From positions 1,048 through 65,047 of the forward strand of contig JBAYJB010000004.1 in NCBI GenBank assembly GCA_041665325.1: a DNA stretch of 64,000 nucleotides, in the 5' to 3' direction. This stretch comes from Minisyncoccota bacterium (GTDB lineage Bacteria; Patescibacteriota; Minisyncoccia; Phycocordibacterales; PALSA-1337). The position numbers and the translations under genes are program-made. The number at the start of each line of letters is the position of its first letter. Positions within the stretch are counted from its first letter, which is position 1. Of the stretch, positions 23,154-31,618 are shown one piece after another. Under the pieces are notes generated by a model. It worked only from the letters and a program-made list of their open reading frames with translations, did not search any database and had not been told where the DNA came from.

Positions 23154-23567
23154 TTATTTGCTAGTCAGTTTAGAAACAACCGATGTTAGATTGCCCACCC
23201 TACCAATCAAACTTTCCACTTTTCCAGTAAGGAAAACTACTCTGGTTATGATGCTCTCAGTTTTTTCATTGATATCTTCGATTCTATTATAGTCCTTGTA
23301 TGTCTTAACAGAGCCATGCTCATTGGTGATCACATACTCCAAGGTTTTAACATCCCCGTTCATCTGCCTCAAGATACGCAGAATAGCGTTATGGAACTTC
23401 TTTTGGAGCCATTCCTGAGTAAATGAATTAGGAACACCGATGTAAACAATGCCATCTTCCTGACGCAGGATTGAAGTATCTTTGAACCACGTGGAAAAAT
23501 TGGCTTGTGAGACGGCACTCTCAATCTCTAGCAGGGCTGTTTCCCACATTTTTGCTGTATCAATCAT
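23154..23567 (-). CDS. Standalone DnaA N-terminal (domain I)-like protein, 137 aa, with no AAA+ or DNA-binding domains
   Basis: MWETALLEIESAVSQANFSTWFKDTSILRQEDGIVYIGVPNSFTQEWLQKKFHNAILRILRQ follows the DnaA domain-I pattern (W..L..L...F..W......L..VPN.F...W....Y). The C-terminal 55 aa are unrelated to DnaA. Low GC. Confidence 0.6.
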   Translation of the reverse strand: MIDTAKMWETALLEIESAVSQANFSTWFKDTSILRQEDGIVYIGVPNSFTQEWLQKKFHNAILRILRQMNGDVKTLEYVITNEHGSVKTYKDYNRIEDINEKTESIITRVVFLTGKVESLIGRVGNLTSVVSKLTSK

Positions 23568-23964
23568 GAGGTGTGGAGTTATCTCTTAATAGCTCTTTCT
23601 TAAAATCATCCATGTATTTAGTGAAGTAGTCCTGATCTAGCTTTCTGTCTAGTTTCTTATCTAGTTCTTTTCCAAACGCGATAAAACTATTGTTTACGTA
23701 CTTTTCCATCGCCTCAAAACCTTCACTAACACGAACGTCCAATTGATCGAAGCGCACTTCTAGATCATTAAAACGTCCGAAAATAAAAGTGAAATTCTGA
23801 TGAACATTCTTGAAACACTCATCAACGGTCTTAAAATTAGCATCGATAGTCTCAAACCACCCATCCGCGGTTTGAAAGCTTTGTTCTATGCGAGACTCAA
23901 ACCCTTGAAACTCTTTCTTAGTAACTGGACTGGGATACAGTGGAGATATAGTCATAGTACTCAT
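23560..23964 (-). CDS. Hypothetical protein (134 aa), helical/repetitive, overlapping the DnaA_N-like gene by 8 nt (co-transcribed)
   Basis: The ORF overlaps the downstream gene, has low GC, and contains periodic F/L/V repeats. Confidence 0.5.
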   Translation of the reverse strand: MSTMTISPLYPSPVTKKEFQGFESRIEQSFQTADGWFETIDANFKTVDECFKNVHQNFTFIFGRFNDLEVRFDQLDVRVSEGFEAMEKYVNNSFIAFGKELDKKLDRKLDQDYFTKYMDDFKKELLRDNSTPHD

Positions 23965-24121
23965 CAGTAAAATGATTAAAGATTATTAAATTCACACTCA
24001 CTCCACAGAGATGCGGGACTTCTAAACGTATGTCCCGCCAATTAAGATTTATTGTTAGAGCCATTTTACCAAACAGAAGAAGCAAGCTGCAAGCTCACAA
24101 GCATTAAAATTCGTGTCTTAA

Positions 24122-24808
24122 TTATTTCCTGCCCTTCAACTTCCACTCATCTATCTTTTTGTGGTCTCCTGTTAAGAGGATTTTTGGCACTTTGTATTTT
24201 TTTCCTTTGTATTCGATGACTTCCGGGCGAGTGTAGACATCTGAGCTGGATATGCGATTTTCCTCAACTGATGAGTCGTGCCCGAGAACCCCTGGAATCC
24301 TACGGGTAATAGCATCTATGACGATCATGGCCGGCAGTTCCCCACCAGTTACGACGTAGGGCCCGGTAGAAATATCAACCATTGGGAATACTTTTTTAAT
24401 CCTGACATCAATACCCTCATAGCGGCCGCAAACCAGAACAATGTCCGTGAATTTCTTGAATGAATCGGCGGTAATATTTGAGAACTCCTTACCAGCCGGA
24501 CTAAAGAACACGATCTGAACTTTCTTTTTGGATTTAGCTGATTTTAATTTGGCGCCAACGGCTTTCTCAATAGCCTTAATCACTGGAACAGCCTCAATGA
24601 CCATTCCGGGCCCTCCGCCATATGGACGATTATCAACTCGGCGGTCAGCATATGATGGAGACTTCCCTTTCTTGACCGTCACGAAATCACGCGGATTATA
24701 GTACTTAACCGCTATATGCTTCTCCTTTTGCGCACGACCGAGAATAGAAGCGCCAAGATATGACTCTAGGGATTCTGGGAAAAGCGTGATGATATGGAAG
24801 GTGATCAC
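24122..24808 (-). CDS. trmD: tRNA (guanine37-N1)-methyltransferase TrmD
   Basis: SPOUT-fold TrmD with conserved blocks, located in the rpsP-KH-trmD cluster. Confidence 0.92.
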   Translation of the reverse strand: MITFHIITLFPESLESYLGASILGRAQKEKHIAVKYYNPRDFVTVKKGKSPSYADRRVDNRPYGGGPGMVIEAVPVIKAIEKAVGAKLKSAKSKKKVQIVFFSPAGKEFSNITADSFKKFTDIVLVCGRYEGIDVRIKKVFPMVDISTGPYVVTGGELPAMIVIDAITRRIPGVLGHDSSVEENRISSSDVYTRPEVIEYKGKKYKVPKILLTGDHKKIDEWKLKGRK

Positions 24809-25149
24809 AACTTGAGGTCAGCCATAGCTTCATCAACAGACTTGGAAGCCGAAGCGGCCGAGACCGGAACCGGAGGCGCCATGCGCTCGGCTGACTTGAG
24901 TCCGCCAATCGGCTCATTGATCTTGAGATTGACGCGGCTATTGTTCTTCATGCCGACGACGCGCAGGAGCGTGCGGATGGACTTGGCGGTATTGCCCTGG
25001 CGGCCGATGATCTTGCCCATGTCGGCGGCCGAACATTCGAGGGTGAGCAGGACCCCCATCTCATCTACTGTGCGCACTGTCTTGACTTCATCTGGACTGT
25101 CTACTAACGCCTTCACAACATACTCTAGGAATTGCTGATCTGTATTCAT
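24805..25149 (-). CDS. KH-domain RNA-binding protein (YlqC-like)
   Basis: The GxxG KH motif IIGRQGNTAKSIR, plus the conserved position between rpsP and trmD. Confidence 0.8.
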   Translation of the reverse strand: MNTDQQFLEYVVKALVDSPDEVKTVRTVDEMGVLLTLECSAADMGKIIGRQGNTAKSIRTLLRVVGMKNNSRVNLKINEPIGGLKSAERMAPPVPVSAASASKSVDEAMADLKL

Positions 25150-25235
25150 ATATTCGTATAGACTAACTTTTAATCAGTACTGGCATTCGATACCGTACTA
25201 TCGGAATTGTAGCGAGACGCGCAGCGGGCGTCAAT

Positions 25236-25637
25236 CTAAGCTGTGACAGGAGCGGCCTCGGCTTTTGCCTCTTCTTTGGCGGCGGGAGCTTCGGTTGGTG
25301 CGACGGCAGGAGCAGTCTGGGCGGCGGCGGCCGGAGCGGCGGCTTCTTCCTTCTTGATCGGCTTCTTCTTGGGGAGAGCGTTGAGCTTCTTGCCCGAGAT
25401 TACCTTGTGATTCACGAGGAAATTGTGAAGAGTGAGGGAGAGCTTGGCGCCCTTGGACATCCAGCCCTTGATCTGCTCGATATCAAGCTGATCGACAGTA
25501 TTCTTGCGGCGGGTATCGTACCAACCGAGGTTGCTCAAGTACTTGCCGCTCTTGGGGCCGTTCTTGGAATCAGTCAAAACCACACGAAAAGTCGGTTCGT
25601 GTTTGCGGCCTGTGCGTTGCAAGCGGATCATTAACAT
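25236..25637 (-). CDS. rpsP: 30S ribosomal protein S16 with an Ala/Pro/Lys-rich C-terminal extension
   Basis: MLMIRLQRTGRKHEPTFRVVLTDSKNGPKSGKYL is a typical bS16 N-terminus. Confidence 0.93.
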   Translation of the reverse strand: MLMIRLQRTGRKHEPTFRVVLTDSKNGPKSGKYLSNLGWYDTRRKNTVDQLDIEQIKGWMSKGAKLSLTLHNFLVNHKVISGKKLNALPKKKPIKKEEAAAPAAAAQTAPAVAPTEAPAAKEEAKAEAAPVTA

Positions 25638-25692
25638 GGGTCAGACTCTACCAGATTGCGGATGAGAACGCAACTTTGCTATACTCTGAGCC

Positions 25693-26391
25693 ATGAAAGT
25701 ATTGATCGTCGAGGACGACCGGAACATGGCGGAGACCGTCAAGGAGAGCTTGGCAGCCTACTCTCACACTGTGGACATCTCGCCCGACGGTGCTGACGGA
25801 TCATTCCTTGGCCGAAGCTATGCCTACGACGCGATCGTCCTGGATTATTCCCTGCCCAAGAAAGACGGCCTGGCCGTATGCGACGAGATCAGAAAGTCCG
25901 GCAAAGATACGCCAATCCTCTTCATGTCCGTCTCCGGCGACACCGAAACCAAGATCGCCGCCTTCAAGAGCGGGGCCGACGACTATATCACCAAGCCGTT
26001 CTCGCTCGATGAGCTCCGGGCCCGGCTCGATGCCGTCACACGTCGCTCCCCCGCCCTCAAGAGCCACACCCTAGCGATCGGAGATCTGATGCTCGACCAG
26101 GACACCAATACCGTGAAGCGAGGTGATCGAGCCATCCATCTCACTCGCAAGGAATTCCACATGCTCCAATACTTCATGCAGAATGCCGGGACGGTCCTCT
26201 CTCGCGCCCAGCTCATGGAACATATCTGGACAGCCGACGGCAATCCTTTTTCCAATACCGTAGAAGCCCATATCCGCAACTTGCGCAAGAAGATCAATAG
26301 TAGCGACGCCCCGAACCTGATCATCAACATCCCCGGGCGCGGATATCTCATCGACACCGCCGAGAAGATAGCCAAATTACAGCAAAGATAG
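25693..26391 (+). CDS. OmpR-family response regulator (REC + winged-helix domains); no cognate histidine kinase gene in the window
   Basis: Receiver Asp pocket (VLDYSLPKKDG), the C-terminal Trans_reg_C motif, and no adjacent kinase gene. Confidence 0.88.
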   Translation: MKVLIVEDDRNMAETVKESLAAYSHTVDISPDGADGSFLGRSYAYDAIVLDYSLPKKDGLAVCDEIRKSGKDTPILFMSVSGDTETKIAAFKSGADDYITKPFSLDELRARLDAVTRRSPALKSHTLAIGDLMLDQDTNTVKRGDRAIHLTRKEFHMLQYFMQNAGTVLSRAQLMEHIWTADGNPFSNTVEAHIRNLRKKINSSDAPNLIINIPGRGYLIDTAEKIAKLQQR

Positions 26392-26422
26392 GTTTTTTAG
26401 GGATTTTAGTGATTTTTTGGTC

Positions 26423-26487
26423 TTTCTTCATGAAGATTTGAACTTTTCTTCATGGAAATTTGAAGTTTTCTTGAACGTTCCTTGAAC
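26423..26487 (+). promoter_or_regulatory. Three imperfect direct repeats of about 21 nt (TTTCTTCATGAAGATTTGAAC / TTTTCTTCATGGAAATTTGAAG / TTTTCTTGAACGTTCCTTGAAC); candidate OmpR-type binding sites
   Basis: Tandem repeats with roughly 21-22 bp periodicity immediately downstream of the response-regulator gene. Confidence 0.35.
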
Positions 26488-26644
26488 CAGCCATTGATAT
26501 GATATCCGCGGTTATGAGTCGAAATAACCCTTATCAATCATTTGGTGATGGTCAGTGGGCAAGGATATTTTCTCACCGCCCGGATCTCCGACATCCGGGC
26601 GCCCGCGACAAGACAAGATATCGATCTAGGAAACAGTGAGGCGC

Positions 26645-26690
26645 TACGCCGCTTACCCCTGGCAGGGTGTGAGCGGCGGCGTCTTTTTTG
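26645..26690 (+). terminator. Intrinsic terminator (plus strand) about 270 nt downstream of the response-regulator gene
   Basis: ACGCCGC...GCGGCGGCGT hairpin followed by CTTTTTTGGGG. Confidence 0.55.
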
Positions 26691-26714
26691 GGGGGCTGCT
26701 GGCGAGGATGCGGT

Positions 26715-27473
26715 TTATTTCTGGACGTCGCGAGCGGCTTTGCGATAGTTGCAATAGTCGCAGGATGCGGATGGCTTCGGTGGTTTCTCGAGCATGAGAC
26801 ATGCATGCATATCCGCGAGAGCCTTCTCGACCCACGCATCGTCGCCATCATATGGGATGAGATCGATATCGAACTCGAGCTTGCCGTCGAAAGACTTCCT
26901 ATCAGTCTTGCCGTTGCAATAGACGAAGTAGCCGGTCTTCGAAACCTTGAAGCCGTTCTGACGCAGGAGCCACTGATAGACTTCCATCTGGCGCTTGTAG
27001 CCGATCTGCCATTCCTTGTCGAGAGAGACCTTCTCTTCTTTGCTCGTCGCCTTGTAGTCGACGATGATGAGCTCACCCTTCTTGTTGATCCAGACATCGT
27101 CTACCCCGCCGGTGACCAGGAAGTTGGTCGGCTCATGGACGTATGTCACGCCGCGCTTCATGGCATCGCGCCAGGCATCCATCCGTTCGTCTTGATATGG
27201 CACTATGCCCTTGAGGCCGTAAGCATCCATGAGAGGGTGTGAAGATTTGGCAGCACGATGGATGTCGAACTCCTTCTTGAGGAGAGTGTCCACGGCCGAG
27301 TTCAAGTTGAATGGGAATCCCGGCGGCCTCCCCACCCCGAGTCGACGGTCGAGATAGAAGCACATCGGACAGTTGAGGAAGAGGTCGATCTTAGAACGGC
27401 TTACGCGGAAAGACTCTTTGCTCTCAGGATCAAAGAGGCCTTTGGTGCGGCGGGGATTGTAGAAGTCGGACAT
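26715..27473 (-). CDS. PD-(D/E)xK nuclease of the Cas4/RecB family with four Cys (putative Fe-S cluster); standalone, with no CRISPR or cas genes nearby
   Basis: N-terminal CPMC, motif II GGVDDVW, motif III IVDYKATS, the QxxxY motif QMEVYQWL, and C-terminal CDYCNY. Confidence 0.65.
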   Translation of the reverse strand: MSDFYNPRRTKGLFDPESKESFRVSRSKIDLFLNCPMCFYLDRRLGVGRPPGFPFNLNSAVDTLLKKEFDIHRAAKSSHPLMDAYGLKGIVPYQDERMDAWRDAMKRGVTYVHEPTNFLVTGGVDDVWINKKGELIIVDYKATSKEEKVSLDKEWQIGYKRQMEVYQWLLRQNGFKVSKTGYFVYCNGKTDRKSFDGKLEFDIDLIPYDGDDAWVEKALADMHACLMLEKPPKPSASCDYCNYRKAARDVQK

Positions 27474-27548
27474 GCTGTAATGTTAGCATACGGCAATCCT
27501 CCGCGCGCTTCATTCAAGGTGGGTGGCGAGGTGTTCCGCTTTTCCTCA

Positions 27549-27583
27549 AAAATTTCTAAGTCAAAACTCGAAAAACATGGTCT
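27549..27583 (+). repeat. 35-nt sequence AAAATTTCTAAGTCAAAACTCGAAAAACATGGTCT, copy 1 of 2 (identical copy at 38194..38228)
   Basis: Exact 35/35 identity found by reading; similarity extends a few nt on both sides; intergenic in both cases. Confidence 0.8.
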
Positions 27584-27678
27584 GGTATAGTCTCTTTTTG
27601 CTCCTCCAGCGAAGTGACCACTTTTCGGTCACTTCAAAGAAGTTAAGAGGAGAGCTATCCGGCTGCGCAAGACCAAAT

Positions 27679-28311
27679 CTATTTCGTCGCCACCGTCACC
27701 GCCTGCATCGTTACGGCCGTAAGCGGCTTATCATTGCCATCTACTTGCGAAGCCGCGATGGCGTCCACGACATCCATGCCCGAGACTACCCTACCGAAGA
27801 TCGTATAGCTGTGCGGGAGCGGAGTATCTTTGTGCATGATGAAGAATTGCGAGCCGTTCGTATTCGGGCCGGAATTGGCCATGGCGACCGTGCCGCGAAC
27901 ATAGCCGGCCTTGTAGGAGGGAGTGTTCGAATCGAGCTCGTCGGCAAACTTGTAGCCGGGACCGCCCATACCGGTACCGGTCGGATCGCCGCCCTGGATC
28001 ATGAAGCCCTCGATCACGCGGTGGAAGATCGTGCCATTGTAGAAGCCCTTATTCGCGAGCGTGATGAAGTTCTCGGCGGTCTTGGGCGCATCGGCGTCGT
28101 AAGTCTCGATAACGATCGCTCCCTTGTTGGTGTTGATGGTGACTGTGTGCATAGAATTTTTTGCTGATTGGTTAGTATTTGTAGTCGTGGTTGTAGTTGT
28201 AGTTGTTTCTTCGTTGTTTTTTGTGCCGGCACGATTGTCCAAGAAGAACCAGCCGATGACGATGATAACGATGACGACAACGATGCTGATCCATTGCGAT
28301 TTTGAATTCAT
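27679..28311 (-). CDS. ppiB: Cyclophilin-type peptidyl-prolyl cis-trans isomerase with an N-terminal TM anchor and a poly-Thr linker
   Basis: HRVIEGFMIQGGDPTGTGMGGPGYKFADE and a TTTTTTTTNTN linker. Confidence 0.9.
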   Translation of the reverse strand: MNSKSQWISIVVVIVIIVIGWFFLDNRAGTKNNEETTTTTTTTTNTNQSAKNSMHTVTINTNKGAIVIETYDADAPKTAENFITLANKGFYNGTIFHRVIEGFMIQGGDPTGTGMGGPGYKFADELDSNTPSYKAGYVRGTVAMANSGPNTNGSQFFIMHKDTPLPHSYTIFGRVVSGMDVVDAIAASQVDGNDKPLTAVTMQAVTVATK

Positions 28312-28329
28312 AATATATAAATTATTAAC

Positions 28330-29343
28330 TTAGAGATTATACAGTTCTTTGGCCTTGGCGACTACTTTAGTTTTTATTTCCTCCAAAGTACCACTCATAG
28401 TCGCACCTGAGGCCGCCTTGTGTCCCCCGCCATTCATCGCCACAGCCAACTTGGATACATCATATCTATCGCCGTCCTTGCTGCGGAAATTCATCTTGAT
28501 CTTACCCGGTTCGATCTCGGTCAAAATGCCGGAAACGGCCCATGCGGATACGGTCCGTAACTCATATGTGACTGAAGCGGTATTGATCTTGTCCAGAGGG
28601 ATATTCTTGGCCTTGAGAGCTTCGTTGGATACGACCGCCAAGCCGATCTTGCCTCCACCAAAAACCTCAACCGATTCTAGCGCTAAGGCCTTGAATGACA
28701 AGTCGGCAAGAGTATTGGAATTCTCCATATCAGAGATGAGCTTAGGAAAATCCGGGATGTATTGGAGGAGATCTGCGGCGATGGCGAACGACCTCTGTGT
28801 CGTCAAGCTATATTTGAAACCGCCGGTATCCGTATAGATCCCGATAAACAGATTGGAGGCGATCTCCGGAGTGATCTTGACTCCCCAGATGCCAAATAGC
28901 TCAAATAAGATCTGACAAACAGCCGGGGATGATGCTTCGATCAGATTGATGTCGGCAAAACCGGCATTCGACGCGTGATGATCGATGATGACGCTGCGGA
29001 TCGGAAATGGGAGATCGATCGGCCGGACGCGCGATATCTGCGTAGGCGATCCGGTGTCGAGGATGATGAACAGGTCGAAATCCTTCAGGTCCATCTCGAA
29101 GAAATTATTCTGGACGATCTGGTCGGCGCCGGGAAAATGCATGAACCCGTCCGGAATCTCGGAATCACCTTTGATGACCGTCGCCTTCTTCCCCATCTGT
29201 TCGAGTGCGGCCTTCATGGCCAACGTCGAACCGACAGAATCCGGATCAGGCGACGGATGGCAGTGCAGGAGCACTGACTTCGCCTTCTGGATCTCGGCGA
29301 GGATGAGGGGGGCTTTCTCTTTGATTATCGGGGAGACTTCCAT
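28330..29343 (-). CDS. nrnA: DHH/DHHA1 phosphoesterase (NrnA-like oligoribonuclease/pAp phosphatase)
   Basis: DHH motif IIDHHASN and the DHHA1 motif GGGH. Confidence 0.85.
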   Translation of the reverse strand: MEVSPIIKEKAPLILAEIQKAKSVLLHCHPSPDPDSVGSTLAMKAALEQMGKKATVIKGDSEIPDGFMHFPGADQIVQNNFFEMDLKDFDLFIILDTGSPTQISRVRPIDLPFPIRSVIIDHHASNAGFADINLIEASSPAVCQILFELFGIWGVKITPEIASNLFIGIYTDTGGFKYSLTTQRSFAIAADLLQYIPDFPKLISDMENSNTLADLSFKALALESVEVFGGGKIGLAVVSNEALKAKNIPLDKINTASVTYELRTVSAWAVSGILTEIEPGKIKMNFRSKDGDRYDVSKLAVAMNGGGHKAASGATMSGTLEEIKTKVVAKAKELYNL

Positions 29344-29352
29344 ATTGCCAGT

Positions 29353-29817
29353 CTACTGGAACACGATGGGAATCTCAACCGCAGCATCATGCACGGGCAA
29401 ACCGGAGGGGTTGTCTTTCTTCAGGATGAGCGCACCACGGCGGCAGTAGTCGGCGGCGAACGGCGGCTTGGCGAAGACGAGTTCGGCCGTGAATGGTACC
29501 TGGCCTTCGGTCATCCAGTCGGATTGCGCTTGGGCATAGCTCTCAGCGATGATCAGGCCGTCCCAATCGACGAGGACGATCGGGAAGCTCGCTTCGAAGT
29601 ACCACGTCCCCGGTGCCGTACCCGATACGATGAGCGGCGAGGCGATGGCACCACCGGACTGTGGCAAATCGATGATGAGCGGCGAGGTAGAAGCTGATAC
29701 TGAGGCAGGCGCAGAAGCCGGCCCCGGTATCGGCGCGAACATGCGGGCGGCGGCGAGTGCGAACGCAGCTACAACGACTACCAGGATGAGCAAGATGACC
29801 TGGCCGATGGTTTTCAT
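29353..29817 (-). CDS. Secreted GerMN/Gmad2 Ig-like domain protein
   Basis: Signal/TM segment and YFEASFPIVLVDWDGLIIAESYAQ, a pattern I read as the Gmad2 family. Confidence 0.6.
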   Translation of the reverse strand: MKTIGQVILLILVVVVAAFALAAARMFAPIPGPASAPASVSASTSPLIIDLPQSGGAIASPLIVSGTAPGTWYFEASFPIVLVDWDGLIIAESYAQAQSDWMTEGQVPFTAELVFAKPPFAADYCRRGALILKKDNPSGLPVHDAAVEIPIVFQ

Positions 29818-29879
29818 GCCTTAATTATAGCAAATATCACCCGAGGCCACTCCATAATATCTATGTTATAGTTATCGGC

Positions 29880-31208
29880 ATGAAACGCACATATATCAAG
29901 GATCTCAAGGACGCGATCGGCCAGGAGGTCTCCATCTCCGGCTGGGTGGACATCCGCCGCGACCACGGCAAGCTCATCTTCATCGACTTACGCGACGTGA
30001 GCGGCAAGGTGCAGATGGTGGTCCTGCCGAACCACAAAGAGGCGCACGATGCCGCCAAGGAACTCCGCAGTGAATGGGTTGTGACCGTGACCGGCAAGGT
30101 CAATGCCCGTCCGACCAAGATGGTCAAAGAGGGTGAGCTCAATGGAACGCTCGAGCTCGAAGTCCTGTCGATCGCAGTGTTGTCCGCCGCCAAGGAATTG
30201 CCGTTCGAGCTCGGAGCCGACGTCAACATGGACACTTATCTGGACAACCTACCACTCACGCTCCGAACATCGCGAGCATGCGCCATATTCACGGTTCAAT
30301 CCACGATAACCAAGTCATATAGGGATTTCTTCAACAGCAAAGGATTCATCGAATTCCAAGCTCCGAAACTAATCGGCGACGATGCCGAGGGCGGAGCGAA
30401 CTCGTTCGATGTCACTTATTTCAAACACATCGCACACCTAGCCCAGAGCCCACAGCTCTACAAACAGATCATGGTCGGCATATTCGAGCGGGTATTCGCC
30501 ATCGGCAATGTATATCGAGCCGAGAAGCATTCGACCACTCGCCATCTCAACGAATACACATCCATGGATATGGAAATGGGATTCATCAAATCATACGAGG
30601 ATATTATGGATATGGAGACCGAGATGCTCGCTTACGTCACCGGTGAGCTTCGGAAATCGTGCGCGGCGGAGTTTACCTTGCTCAAAGCAGCCATCCCGGA
30701 AGTGCCCGCAAAGATCCCGCGTCTGACTTTGCGCGAGGCCCAGAAGCTCATCACGGCCGCGACCGGCAAGGATTGCACCAACGAACCAGACCTCGAGCCG
30801 GAGCATGAACGCTGGCTATGCGACTATTCCGCGAAGAATCTCGGCTCCGATTTCATCTTCATCACGAACTTCCCTACCGCCAAGCGGCCTTTCTATACTT
30901 ACAGGAATGAGAAAGACCCGGCCTACACCATGGGATTCGATCTGCTCTTCCGCGGAGTCGAGATCACAACTGGCGCCCAGCGTATCCACATATATGACGA
31001 TCTCATTGCTTCGATGAAAGAGAAAGGTCTTGATCCGGAGAAATTCAAGTTCTATCTGCAGGCATTCAAATACGGCATGCCGCCGCATGGTGGCTTCGGC
31101 TTCGGGCTTGAGCGCTTCACGGGCAAGCTCCTCGGTATCGACAACGTCAAAGAAGCGACTCTCTTCCCGAGAGATCTGAATAGGATCGATAACCTCCTTT
31201 CGCAATAG
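29880..31208 (+). CDS. aspS: Aspartate--tRNA ligase, short archaeal/eukaryal-type class IIb form (Asx-type; could be non-discriminating)
   Basis: 442 aa, N-terminal OB-fold domain, motif 3 GMPPHGGFGFGLERF, and no bacterial GAD insertion domain. Confidence 0.8.
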   Translation: MKRTYIKDLKDAIGQEVSISGWVDIRRDHGKLIFIDLRDVSGKVQMVVLPNHKEAHDAAKELRSEWVVTVTGKVNARPTKMVKEGELNGTLELEVLSIAVLSAAKELPFELGADVNMDTYLDNLPLTLRTSRACAIFTVQSTITKSYRDFFNSKGFIEFQAPKLIGDDAEGGANSFDVTYFKHIAHLAQSPQLYKQIMVGIFERVFAIGNVYRAEKHSTTRHLNEYTSMDMEMGFIKSYEDIMDMETEMLAYVTGELRKSCAAEFTLLKAAIPEVPAKIPRLTLREAQKLITAATGKDCTNEPDLEPEHERWLCDYSAKNLGSDFIFITNFPTAKRPFYTYRNEKDPAYTMGFDLLFRGVEITTGAQRIHIYDDLIASMKEKGLDPEKFKFYLQAFKYGMPPHGGFGFGLERFTGKLLGIDNVKEATLFPRDLNRIDNLLSQ

Positions 31209-31214
31209 GCTCTA

Positions 31215-31613
31215 CTATCTATTCAGCCACGTCACCGATAGCTGTAGGACTGTCGCGAACAGTACCCACACCAAGTACGGTATCTGCCAGTAGGCGATCT
31301 TCCTCGAATACGGCCAGATCATAGCCATGCCCCAGATGATCGTACCGAGCACGAGCAGGATGTCTACAGCTGCCAGATAATTGTTTTGCAATTGGAATTG
31401 TATCGGCGAAAAAGCGAGGTTGAAGATGATATTCAAGGCGAACGGGATGGCAATCTTGGCGGGAATGATCCGCTTGATCGCCAACTGGAAGACCCGGAAA
31501 TAACTGACGGCAATGATGACATAGAGCACGGACCAGACCGGGCCGAAGAGCCAGGCCGGCGGCGCGAATGACGGTTTGATGAGATGCGCGTACCAATCTT
31601 GGGTTTGATTCAT
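31215..31613 (-). CDS. tspO: TspO/MBR family tryptophan-rich membrane protein
   Basis: WYAHLIKPSFAPPAWLFGPVWSVLY matches the TspO N-terminal signature. Confidence 0.75.
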   Translation of the reverse strand: MNQTQDWYAHLIKPSFAPPAWLFGPVWSVLYVIIAVSYFRVFQLAIKRIIPAKIAIPFALNIIFNLAFSPIQFQLQNNYLAAVDILLVLGTIIWGMAMIWPYSRKIAYWQIPYLVWVLFATVLQLSVTWLNR

Positions 31614-31618
31614 CAGTG

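Noticed and set aside
26573-27097. 174-aa Ser/Arg-rich ORF antisense to the Cas4-like nuclease gene, and the 68-aa ORF spanning the terminator at 26645-26690
   Set aside because: Antisense shadow ORFs; the second crosses a terminator hairpin.
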